Assembly (NCBI RefSeq): GCF_009914755.1
Contig: NC_060939.1
Source: the human T2T-CHM13v2.0 reference genome, Homo sapiens
DNA: 64,000 nucleotides
Direction: 5' to 3' (one strand)
Below the pieces are notes generated by a model. It was not told where the DNA came from, did not search any database, and was given only the letters and a program-made list of their open reading frames with translations. Of this stretch, positions 11,250 to 27,651 are shown in pieces (position 1 is the first letter of the stretch; every line of letters starts with the position of its first letter). Position numbers and translations under genes: made by a program.

Positions 11250-14200
11250 TCTTTTTTTTTACAAGATTTTAAGTTTTCATCAATTTTATTATTGTTTTCA
11301 TTACCTCAAATATTTATCATTTCTTTCTGATGGGAACATTTAAATTCCTCTCCCTTAGCTATTTTGAAATACACAATAAATTATTATTTACTGTAGTCAC
11401 CATGCTATGCAATAAAACACCAGAACTTATTCCTCTTGTTTAACCTAAACTGTCTATGGTTTCACTAATATATCCCCTTCTCCATCTACCCTGCTCTCCC
11501 ATCAGCCTCTGATAACCACAATTCTATTCTCTAATTCTTTGAGTTTGACTTTTTCAGATCCCACGTCTAGGTGAGATCATATGGCATTTGTCTCACTAAG
11601 CATAATGTCCTATAGGTTCACTCATGTTGTCAAAAATGTCAGACTGCCCTGCTCTTTTAAGGCTCAATAGTATCTCATTGTGTGTATATTTCCCATGTTT
11701 TTAAATCCATTCATTAAATGATGATCACTTCAGTTGTTTCCCACATTGAATAATATTTCAATGGACATGGGAGTGTAGATGTAGATATCTATCTCTTCAA
11801 CATACTGATTTCAATTCCTTTGGCTATACACCCAGAAGTGGGATTGCTGGATCATATAATAGCTCCATTTTCAGTTTTCTGAGACACTTCCATACTGTTT
11901 TCCAAAGTGCCTGTACTAATTTACAGTACCACCAACAGCATGTATGGGTCCACTTTTATCCACATTTTCACCGGTACTTTTTATATTATATCTTTTTGAT
12001 TATAGCCAATCTAATAGTTGTGAGGTGATATCTCATTGTGGTTTTAATTTGCATTTATCTGACATTGAGCATTTTTCATGTATCTGTTGGCCATTTCTAT
12101 ATATTCTTGTGAGAAATGTCTACTTAGGTCTCTTGCCTGTTTTTAAATAGGGTTGTTTTATTGTTATTGAGTTGTTTGAGTTCATTGTATTAATGTATTT
12201 TGGATATTAGTCTTGTATCCAATGTATTTATTTGAAAATATTGTCTCCCAATCCATGGGTTGTCTCTTCACTTTTTTGTTTCCTTTGCTGTGCAGAAGCT
12301 TTTTATTTTGATTCATTCCATCCATTTTTGTTTTGGATGTCTATGCTTTTGGAATCTTAGCCAAGAAATCGCTGCCCTGATCAATGTCGTGAAGATTTTC
12401 CCCTGTGTTTCCTTCTAGAAGTTTTACAGTTTCATGTCTTACTTTTAAGTCTTTAATCTATTTTGAGATGATTCTTGTATAAGGGGTGAGTTAAGGGTCC
12501 ATTTTCATTCTTTTGCATGTGGCTATCCAGGTTTCCCAGTACCATCTGTTGAAAATACTGTCCTTTCCCCATTGTGTGCACTGGCGCCTTTGTCAAAAAT
12601 AAATTGACTATAAATATGTGGATTTATTTCTGGGCTCTCTATCCTGTTCCATTGCTTAGTATATCTGTTTTTATGTCAATACTATGCACTTGGTTTATTA
12701 TAGCTTTGTAAGTATTTTGAAATCCAGTAGTGTGATGCTTCTCCTTTGGCTCAAGATTACTTTGGCTATTTCAAGACTTTTGTGATTCCTTACAAATTTT
12801 AGGATTGTTTTCTCTATTTCCGTGAAGAATAGCATTGAAATATTTATAGACATTTTGCTGAATCTATAGATTGATTTTAGCACTATGGACATTTTAACAA
12901 TATTAATTATTCCAATCCATGAGTAAGGGATGTCTATTTTCTCATGTTACCTCCAATTTCTTTTATCAATGTTTTAGAGATTTCAGTATACAGATCTTTC
13001 ACCTCCTTAACTAAATTTCCTTCTGTGTTATTTTTTATGTTATTGTAAATGGGATTGTGTTCTCAATTTCTAATTCAAACAGTTTATTATTACTGTGTAG
13101 AAATGATACTAATTTTCATAAGTTGGTTTTGTATCCTGCAACTTCACTGAGTTCCTTTATGAGTTCTAGGAATGTTTCTTATGTAGAGTCTTCAGGATTT
13201 TCTTTATATAAAATCATGCCATCAGCAAGCAGATTTTTCTTTCCTTTCCCATTTGGATGCCTTTCATTTCCTTCTGTTGTCTAATTGCTCTGGTTAGGAC
13301 TTTCAGTACAGTTACCCATCAGTATTCACATGTCTCTGGTTCCAGGACCCCCTGTAGATACCAAAATCTGTGCATGTTCAATCCCCTTATCTAAAATGGC
13401 TCAATATTTGCATATAATTAATGCATATCCTTTCATATACATAAAATCCTGTCTAGTTTACTTATAATGCCTAATACAATGCCAACACATCACTTCATTT
13501 ATGTGGGTTCAGGGTAGTACTTGGTACACAGCAAATTCAAGTTTTGCTTTTTGGAATTTTGTGGAATTTTTTGTGAGTATTTTCAATCAATGGTTGGTTG
13601 AATCCATGATATAAAACCAACAGTTATGAAGGGCTGACTGTACTATGCTGAACAGAAGTGGTGAGAGTAGCCATCCTTATATTGTTCCTGAGATCAGAGG
13701 AGAAGTCTTCGACTTTTTGCCATTCAGTATGATGTTAACTGTGAGCATGTCATATATGGTCTTTACTCTATTGAGGAATATTCCTTCTAAAACTAATTTG
13801 TTGAGTGGTATGTTTTATCATAAAGTGATGTTTAATTTTATCAAATGCTTTATCTGACTCTTTTAAGATGCTCATATGGTCTTTGTTCATTCTTTAATAT
13901 AACATGAATCACATGTATTGATTTACATATATTGTACCATCCTTGCATCCCAGAGATAAATCCCACTTGATCATGGTGTTCATTCTTTTTAATGTACTGC
14001 TGAATATAGTTTGCTAATAATTTAGTTGAGGATTTTTGCCCATCTATGTTCATCAGGATATAATGAAAATAAATGTATCTGTCTGGCTTTGGTATCAGTT
14101 TAATGCTAGACTATGAAATGTGATTGGAAGTATTCCTACCTCTTCAATATTTGGAAGGGTTTGAGTAGAATATGTATTAGTTCTTCTTGAAATGTTTGGT

Positions 14201-16690
14201 AAAATTCAGTTGTGATGCTTCTGGTCCTGGACTTTTCTTTAATGGGAGACATTTAATTACTGATTCAGTCTCCTCACTCTTTATTGGCCTACTCAGATTT
14301 GCTATTTCTTTGTGATTCAGTCTTGGTAGGTTATATGATTTTAGGACTTTATCCATTTCTTTCAGGTTGTCTAATTAGTTTGCATATAGTTGTTCACAGT
14401 ACTTTCTTATGATCCTTTGTACTTTGTGTTATCAGCTGTAATATCTCTTTTTTCATTTATGATTTTATTTATTTGAGCCTTCTCTCTTTTTTCTTAGTCT
14501 AAGAAAAAAGCTAAGATTTTTTCAATTTTGTTTATCTTTTTAAAAGCCAATTTTTTGTTTCATTAGTCTTTTAAATTGCTTTTCTAGTTTTTATTCCATT
14601 TATTTATGCTTTGATCTTTGTTGTTTCCTTCATTCTGCTAATGTTGCATTTAGTTTATCCTTGTTTTTTAGTTACTTGAGATGTAACTTTTTTTTACTTT
14701 TAGATCTTTCTTCTTTTTTAATGTAGGCATTTATTGCTATATATTTCCCTCTCAGAACTACTTTTGCTGCATCCCATAATACTCTCAAGATATTTTCAAA
14801 TTTTTTCATTTTTTTAACCCTATAGTTTTTTAGGAGCACATTGTTCAATTTCCATATATTTGTTAATTTTACATAATTTTTCCTGTTATTGCTTTCTAGT
14901 TTTATATAATTATGGTTGGAAAAGATACTTCATATGATTTTGATCTTCTCAAATTTGTTAAGACTTTTTGTGGCCTAATATTTGATCTATCTTGGAAAAT
15001 GTTCTGTATGCACTTGGAAAGAATGTGCATTTGTTGCTGTTGGATAGAATATTCTGAATATGTGTGTTATGTCTGTTATAGTTCAAGCAAATGCTTTTTT
15101 AGTTGATTTCTCTATTTGGGTTATCTATCTATTGTTGAAAGTAGGATACTGAAATTCCCTACAATGATTGTGTTGCAGTCTGTGTCTCTCTTCAGATCTC
15201 TTAATGAGATCTGTAGTTGCATATGCAGGTGCTTCAAAGTTGGGTGTATAGATCTTTACAATTGTTTTATCCTCTTGATGAATTGACCCTTTATCATTTT
15301 ATTATGACCTTTGTTTTTATAGTTTTTGGCCTAAAGTCTGTTTTGTCTGAAATAAGTATAGATGCCCCCATTCCCCTTTGGCTTTCTTTGCATGTTCTAC
15401 CTTCTCCTATTCCTTCACTTTCAGTCTATGACTTTTCCATAAGGTGAAAAGACCTAACTATATGCTATATGTAGGTAGCATATAGGTATAGTCTAACTTC
15501 TTAAGACTTATTTTGTGGCCTAACATATGATCTATCTTGGAAAATTGTTGGTATACACTTGAAAAAAATGTGTATTTTGTTGCTGTTGGATGGAATCTTC
15601 TGTATATGTGTGTTATGTCTGTTTGATGTAGTTCAAATTAATGCTTTTTAAATTGATTTTCTATTTGGATTATCTGTCTATGACTTGTCTGTAAGGTGAA
15701 AAAGACCCAATTATGTGCTATATGTAGCTAGCATATAGTTGGGTCTTTTAAAAAATTAATCTATTTAGCTACTCTATGCCTTTTGATTACAGAATTTAAT
15801 CCACTTACATTTAAAACAGTTGTTGATAGATAAGAACTTACAAGTGCCATTTTGGTATTCGTTTGATGATTGTTTGCAGATCCTTTATTCCTTTCTGTAC
15901 CTTTGCTTACTTTCACTGGTTTCATGGCTTTCTGTAATAATATGCTTTGGATCTTTCCTTTTTATCTTTTGTACATCTATTATAGCCTTTTTCTTGTGGT
16001 TACCCTAATGCTTACATAAAGCCTCTCATACTTTAAAACTGGCTATTTTAAGCTGATAATCACCCAACTTTGATAGCCAAGAAAAACTCTACACTTTTAT
16101 TTCCTCTTCTCCTTGTTTGTGTTTGATGTCACAGTTTACATCTTTTAATAATATGCATCCATTAACCCATTATTTAAATTTTAGTTGTGTTTAACAGTTT
16201 TGCCTTTTAAACTTTTTACTGAAGATTATCATTGACTTGCCCATTGTTATGTCAGTTTTATAGTGTTTTGGATTTGACTTTTCTTTCATTAAAAAGTGCT
16301 TACTTTTACCAGTAAGTTCTATACTTTTATATGTTTTCATATCAGTAATTAGCATCCTCTTCCTTAATCTTAAAAATTTGCTCTTAGCATTTCTTCAAAG
16401 GCAGGTCTAATGCAGATGTACCAGTGATAAACTAGACCCGCCATTCTCTTCTTTTATTTGTCTGAGAAAGTATTTATCACTCCTTCCTTTTTTCTGAAAA
16501 ACAGAGTTGCAATGTATAGTATTATTGGTTGACAGTTTTTTTCTCTTTCATAATTTTGAGTATATCATCTCACTTACTTCTGGCCTAGAATGTTTCTTCT
16601 GAAATATGTACTGATAATCTAATAGACGTTCTCACATATATAACAATTTGCTTTTCCTTTGCTGCTTTCAAGGCTCTCTTTTTGTTTTTA
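11250..16690 (-). mobile_element. Old L1MA/MB-type element, 3'UTR through ORF2 into the ORF1 end; interrupted by MER2 and internally duplicated
   Basis: Degenerate ORF2 fragments on the minus strand (12698-12892; 13850-14053 HDQVGFISGMQGWYNICKS) and an L1M-type 3'UTR near 11280-11600. Confidence 0.8.
13309..13640. mobile_element. MER2 (TcMar-Tigger) inserted at a TA in L1 ORF2
   Basis: TIRs cagttacccatc...gaagggctgactg with TA duplicated. Removing it restores the L1 sequence ggactttcagTActatgctgaa. Confidence 0.88.
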
Positions 16691-16699
16691 ACTTGTTTC

Positions 16700-17012
16700 C
16701 TTTTTTAAAAATAATTTAAACATGTATTTCATATTTGGGGAGTCGGACATGTACAGATTTGTTGCATGGGTATATTGCATTATGCTGAGGTTTGGAATAT
16801 GAATGATCCCATTACCGAGGTAGTGAGCATGGTACCCAATAGTTATTCAACCCTCTTTTCCCTCTCTCCCCCACCCCCACATCTAGTACTCCCCAGTGTC
16901 TGTTGTTGCCATCTTTATTTCCATGAGTACCTAATGCTCAGCTCCCACTAAAAGTGAGAACATGTGGTATTTGGTTTTCTGTTCCTTCGTTAACTTGCTT
17001 AGGATAATGGCC
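16700..17012 (-). mobile_element. Old L1PA (about PA13-16) 3'UTR fragment
   Basis: ggtagtgagcatggtacccaatag...gtgagaacatgtggtatttggttttctgttcc. Confidence 0.7.
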
Positions 17013-18553
17013 TAAATATGTATGCATTAGATGTTTGTTGGAGATTATTTTATTGATTATTTATTTTATTTTATTTTATTTTATTGATACATAATAATTA
17101 TACATATGTATGGGACATATGATATTTTGATACATTCATACAAAGAGTAATGATCAAATCAGGGTAATTAGGATATCCATCGCCTTAAACATTGATCATT
17201 TCTTTGTGTTAGGAACAGTTCAAATCTTTTAGTTAGTTTGAAATATACATTGAATTATTGTTAACTTTAGTTACCCCCGCTGTGCTGGCAAACACTACAA
17301 CTTTCTTATTCTTTCTTTGTAACTTTATGTTTGCACCCATTAACCAACCTCTCTTGATTCTCTCCTCTACCCTTCTCAGCCTCTTATAACTATCATTCTA
17401 CCCTCTAACTCCATGAAATCAGCGATTTTAGCTCCCAAAATTTGTCTTTCTGTGCCTAGCTTATTTGACATCATATAATGACCTCTGGTTCCATCTATGT
17501 TGCTGCAAGTGCAAGATTTCCTTCCTTTTTACAGCTCAATAGTATTCCATTGTGTATATATACCACCTCTTCTCTTTTTTCTTTTTTTAGTTTTTTTTTA
17601 TAAATTTATATATGTTTATGGGATACAAGTGCATTTTGTTACACATGTAGTGGTGAAGTCAGTGCTTTTAGGGTATATATCACACGAATAATATACATTG
17701 CATCCATTAACCAGTTTCTCATCATCTTTCCCCCTCCTACCTTGTCACCCTTCTGAGTCTCTAATTATCTATCATTCCACTCTCTACATCTGTGTGTACA
17801 CCTTTTTAAATGAGAACGTGTGATATTTGTCTTCTGTGTCTGGATTTCTGCAAAAGACATAATGTCATTATTTTTATGGCCAAATAATATTCCATTGGGC
17901 TTACTGCATTTTTTAATCCATCTATCCATTGATGAAAACTTATCTTGGCTATTGTTATTAGTGCTACAATAAACACGGGGGTGCAGGTATTTCTTTTATA
18001 TATTGATTTGTTGATTTGCTTTTTTTGGGAGGGGTGGTAAATACCCAGTAGTGGAATTGCCAGAACATATGGTAGTCTTATTTTTAGTTTTTATGATAAA
18101 TCTTCATACTGTTTTCCATAATGGCTATACTAATTTACATTCCTACCAAGAGTGTAAGAGTTCTTTTTTCTCTGCGTCCTCACCAGCATCTGCTATTTTT
18201 TTCCTTCTGATAATAGCCATTCTAACTGAAGTGAGATAATTTCTCATTGTGGTTTTGATTTGCATTGCCTTGATGATTAGTGATGTTAAGCATTTTTTCA
18301 TATACCAGTTGGACATTTGTATGTCATTTTTTTTGAGAAATTATTCATGTCCCTTGCCTGCTTTTTAATGTAATTATTTGTTGTGTTTGTTTGTTTTGTT
18401 TTGCTGTTTACTTGTTTGAGTTCTTGTATGTTCTGGATATTATTTTTGTCAGATGAATAGTTTGCAAATGTTTTCTCCCATTCTATAGGTTATCTCTTCA
18501 CTCTGTTGATTGTTTCTTTTGCTGTGCAGTAGCTTTTTAGTTTAATATAGTCC

Positions 18554-18960
18554 TGGTGTTGGTCCATTTGCACTGGTATAAGGAATACCTGAGGCTGGGT
18601 AATTTATGTCTTTTTGGCTTATGTTTCTTCAGGCTGTACAAGAAGCATGGTGCCAGTATCTGCTTCTGGTGAGGGCTTCAGGAAGCTTCCACCCATACCA
18701 GAAGAAGAAGGGGAGCAGGCATCACACGACAAGAGAGGAGAAAAGAGAGAGGGAAGGGAGGTGCCAGACACATTTTAACAATTAGATTTTATGGGAACTA
18801 AAAGTGAGAGTTCACTGAATCCCACAAGAAGGATACCAAGCCATTAGTGTGAAGACATCCATCCCCATGACTCAAACACCTCCTATTAGGCCCTACCTAC
18901 AACATTAGGGATCAAATTTCAACACAAGATTTGGAGAGGACAAATAGCCAAATTATATCA
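18554..18960 (-). mobile_element. MSTB-like MaLR solo LTR
   Basis: gtccatttgcactggtataaggaatacctgaggctgggtaattta...ccaaattatatca, interrupting L1 ORF2. Confidence 0.8.
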
Positions 18961-19135
18961 CTCTGATTTGTCTGTTTTTTCTTTTGTTGCCTGTGCTTTT
19001 GAGGTCTTAGCCATAAAATAGTTGCCTAGACCAGTGTTCTGAAGTGTTCACCCTGTTTTTGTAGTGTCAGGTCTGATAGTCTTTAATATATTTTGAGTTT
19101 ATTTTTGTGTATAGTGAGAGGGGTATGGTTTTTTG

Positions 19136-19136
<1 letters not shown>

Positions 19137-19180
<44 letters not shown>
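19137..19180 (+). repeat. (TTA)n microsatellite derived from the L1 tail
   Basis: About 14 perfect TTA units. Confidence 0.9.
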
Positions 19181-19379
19181 CTTTAAGTTTTAGGGTACAT
19201 GTGCACAATGTGCAGGTTAGTTACATATGTACACATGTGCCATGCTGGCGTGCTGCACCCATTAACTCGTCATTTAGCATTAGGTATATCTCCTAATGCT
19301 ATCCCTCCCCTCTCCCCCCACCCCACAACAGTCCCCAGACTGTGATGTTCCCCTTCCTGTGTCCATGTGTTCTCATTGT

Positions 19380-22870
<3,491 letters not shown>

Positions 22871-25800
22871 GGGATATCCAGCTCTCCTGGCACCATTATT
22901 GAAGAGGGTATCTGTTCACCAAGGTGTGTTCGTGGTGCCTTTGTAAAAATTCAGTTGGCTATAAATCCTTGAATATATATGCTGTCCAGTGCTTCAAGTG
23001 CTCTGCAGTGCTTCAATAATCACGGGGATTATTGAAATCCCCGACTATTATTTTATGGGGGTCTCTCTCTCTCTTTAGCTCTAAGAATATTTGCTTTATA
23101 TATCTGGGTGCTTTGGTATTGGGTGCATATATATTTATGATTGATATATCATCTTGGTAAATTGATCCCTTGATTATTATATAATGTTCTTCTTTTTCTC
23201 TTTTTCTGTTTTTAATGTAAAGTCTCTTTTGTCTGCTATTAGTTATTCCTGCATGCTTTTGATTTCCATTTTTGTGGAATAATTTTTTAATTCCTTCACA
23301 TTCAGTCTATATGTATCTTTACAGGTGGAGTAAATTTCTTTTAGGCAGCATACAGTCAGATTTTTTTAAATCCATTTAACCTGTTTACATCTTTTAATCA
23401 GAAATTTAAAACAGTTTGCATTCCAGGTTATCATTGTTAGGTGATAACTTACTCCTGTCATTTTGTTATTTGTTTTCTGATTGTTTCATATATCCGTTTT
23501 TCTTTATTCATCTTTTATTGTTTGCCTTTACAATTTTTTGGGTTTTCAAAGTGATAATGTTGGATTCCTTTTAGTTTTTTTTTCTGTATGCACTCTACTA
23601 GTAAATTTTATACTTTTTTGTTTTCATTATGGTAGATATCATCTTTTCACTTCCAAATATAGGGATTCCTTAAGCATTTCTTGTAAGGCCTGTGTAGTGG
23701 TGATGAATTCCTTCTGTTTTTGTTTGTCTGGGAAAGAATTTACTTGCCTTTCAGATTCGAATAGTAGCTTTGCTGGGTATAGTATTTTTTATTGGCAGTT
23801 TTTTGTTGTTGCTGTTTGTTTGTTTTTCTTTTGCACTTGGGATATTTCATCCTATTCTCTCCTGGCCTGTAAGCTTTCTGCTGAGAAGCTACTGTTGGTT
23901 TGATGGAGACTCCCTTATATGTGAGTTGACTTTTTCCTTACTGTTTGGAGAATTCTTTCTTTGTATTTGACTTTTGGCAGTTTGATGATAATATTCCTTG
24001 GAGGAAGCTTTTGGATTGAATCTGTTGGAAGATCTGTGAGCTTCCTGTATTTGAATGTCCATATTTATTGTAAGACTTAAGAAGCCTTCATTTAGCTCTG
24101 CTGTGGTCTTTATTATTTATTTATTATTTAAGCTATTATATTTAATAATATAAAATGGTTTTCTATTCCATTGGCTTTCTTCTCACCCTCTGGGACACTG
24201 AAGTTTTGAATATTTTGTCACTTTATAATGTTTCATGTGTTACATAGGCTTCGTTCATTCTTTTTTTACTCTTTTTTTTTTTTTTAGTTTTGTCTGGCTG
24301 GGTTATCTCAAAAGACCTGTCTTCAGGTTTATAAATTCTTCACTCTGCTTGACCTTCTCTATTGTTGAAGTTCTCAATTATGTTTTTTCATTCATTAAAT
24401 ATTTAGTTCCATGATTTTTTCTTTATAATGATGTTTATCTCTTTGTTGAATTTCTTATTCAGATTATGAATTTTCTAATTCATTCGTATTGTTTATCTGG
24501 GTTCTCTTGCTCTGTGTTTCTTTAGTATTACCATTTTTAATTAATTTTTAAGTATTTCATATATTTCCTTTTCTATGAAATTTGTTACTAGAGAATTATC
24601 GTGTTGCTTTGCAGGTGTCATGTTTCCTTGCTTTCTCTTATTTCTTGGGTTCTTGCATTTACTATCTGCACACCTGGTGTAACAGTCACTTTTTCTAATT
24701 TTATCAATTAGCTTTTATAGGGAAAGCCTTTTTCCTATAGTCACATGTAAGGAAATCAGATTAGCAGCAGATTTCTCAGCAGAGGGGATGTCAGCAGGGC
24801 TTCAGGGATCTATAGATGCACTAGCTGTAGGGTCTCAGGGTACAATGTATTCTCATGAGGACTTGGCTCTCAAAACCTATGTAACTATAGTATTGGTTTG
24901 GTAGGATGCTTTGGTTTTGTTTCTGGCAGGGCATAGTAGTGTGTTCTCTGTACCATTCCTTTGGCTGTAATCAGTATCATTAATGTCTTGGAGTTCCTCT
25001 GTGGTTTAAGCTGCCGTTATTAGTGGAGGCTATGGCAATGCATTGCTGTGGATGGGATGCTAGGCATGCTGGTCCTCAGGTGCCAGTGGTGGTGGCGTCA
25101 GTATGCATAACATTGGCAGTGGCAGTAGTGGTGGTGAGCCAACCCTCAGGCCCATGAGTGGTGCATGCTGGAGCCAGCAGTGGCAGTGCAGGACTGGGCA
25201 GGCCAGTCCCTGACCCCTGAGAAACACACTTGGGTGCAGACTGCAAGAAAGAAATTGGCCTTTCCTAATGCTCCTGGATGACATGCACATGCTACAGTGG
25301 GGGACAGGGTGAGCTGATCTTCAGGGTCTTGGAAGGTGTGTGTGTGTGTACCTGCAGTCGGCAGGTGGGTTGGATCAGTCCCCAGGTCCAGGATGATACA
25401 TGCAAGTACTGGTTGCAGCAGCAGTGGCTTTCAGGGCGCAATATAGTCTGGTGAGGCTGGGCTCTCAAAATAGCAGAATGCTGCAGCTGCTTGGGTTTTG
25501 GGGGGTTTATGGGACAAGGATGGGCCTGTCTTTGGGTCCCTGGATGCTGTATGCAAGCACCAGTGGTGGTGGGCAGGACACAGAATCCAGAGGACATGAA
25601 AAGTTGCTGCATCTGTGGTGTGTAGAGCAGCCCTGTCCTCATGTCTCCTGATGGTGCATGGGGATGCCAGCAGTGGCAGGCAGGATGGACCAATCCCCAG
25701 GCCTCCAGATGACCTGTGTGGGTATAGGCAGCAGTGGTGATGTGCAGGACAAATCTCTCCTCAGGTCCCAGGATGACATGTGGATGGGCCCATAACCAAG

Positions 25801-27295
25801 GCCCTTGAAGGCACTTGCAGGTGTGTGGCAGCATTGCTCCTGTGAGGGGCAGGGTTGCTCTGCATGGCAGTGGTCCTAGGCAGGTGGCTCTCAAGCCCTG
25901 GGGAATATACACTTTGTCTCGCTTTTTTCTCATGGCAGCCTCTCTGGTGTGCTTTACCACATGTTCCCTGGGGTGTAAGGCACTGCATGGGCTAGAGTAG
26001 TGGAAACTCAGCTGCACTGCCGTGTCCAGCTAGTGTCATGATACTGCAGTCCTCGGGAAGGACATAGGGGGATGTCAGCAGAGCTTCAGTAACGTAAATG
26101 CAGGAGCTTTTAGCCCTCTGGGCACAGGATAGTCCAGTGAGGCCTGGGCTCTCAAAATAGCACAATATTGCTGCTGTTTGGGTCTTGGAGGGGTTACAGG
26201 ACCCAGCGTGAACTCCTTCTTTGAATTAATCCAATCAAGTGAACTCGCAGCAGCTCCTATTCCAGTCTCAGGGCCTGTGAGAGCCAAAGGGTTCTCCTGT
26301 GTTAGGAATGTAGGAGCGGGCGGTGGGAATTTAAACCACTGGGGATCTTTTGTTCACCTTTTTCCCACAATGGGAGGTTCCTCCTGACTCTGAGCTGATC
26401 CTGAGGGGCCAGCTACTTCACTTCTCTCTCCTTCCTCGCCTCAGAAGTTCTCTGTCTCTTCCCTGCTGAATTCCACTGTTCTCTCCCAGATGCTGTATTC
26501 CACATGTGGTTACCTACTTGGTGTTTAGGTCCCTCTGTGTGGAGGAGGCAAGTGCCAGGTACCTCTAGTTTACCCATCTTGAAGTCTCCTGCACATTTAA
26601 AATGTTGATATATATTGCCAATTTTTCCCTAATGGGAAAAGCAGTGTATATTTTACTTTTTGTCAGTCTGACAAATATCTCATTAAATTGTCATTTCTTT
26701 AAATATGAACATAGTTATACATTTTTCACATGTCTAAAGGCCATTGTAAATGAGAATTTCTTATCCTCTAACTTTTTAATGAACTAGTTTATTAATTGTT
26801 ATTAATTTATAAAAATCATTTGAATATTAAGAAAATTTAACTATTTGTCAGAAGTGCTCTAAACATTTAGGTAGCTTTTAACATTATCCAATTTAAATTT
26901 TACAGTGAATATTAATTTTCTAATATAGTGAATACTAGAGCTGCAACTCCGTCATAATTTGTAATCTTATTCTCTAAGTGTCTTTTCTTCTTATGGCTTT
27001 GTTTTCTTATTTCATAGAAAATAAGACATCATCTTACCACTTTGCATGCTTTTAAATTAAATTTATCTTCTGCTCTTCAGCTGGTTTTTCAGAGATCTGT
27101 GTTAACCTTGGTGACAGTGTCTGTCAACATAGGCCAGCCAGGTCACCTGCATTATATTCATCTGAATGCTTATATTCACCTGAATGCTTATTCCAGACTT
27201 ACCAAATCTCTGAGAGTAGGGGTCAGGAATCTGCATTTTAACAAGCTCAGACTAAGGTTTGTGAACTACTCTAAATAATCCAGATGATTATTTAG

Positions 27296-27651
<356 letters not shown>

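Noticed and set aside
25060-26387. 241-aa and neighbouring ORFs in a GC-rich region
   Set aside because: They lie in the repetitive 5' region of an old L1M. No recognisable domain; few stops are expected from the base composition.
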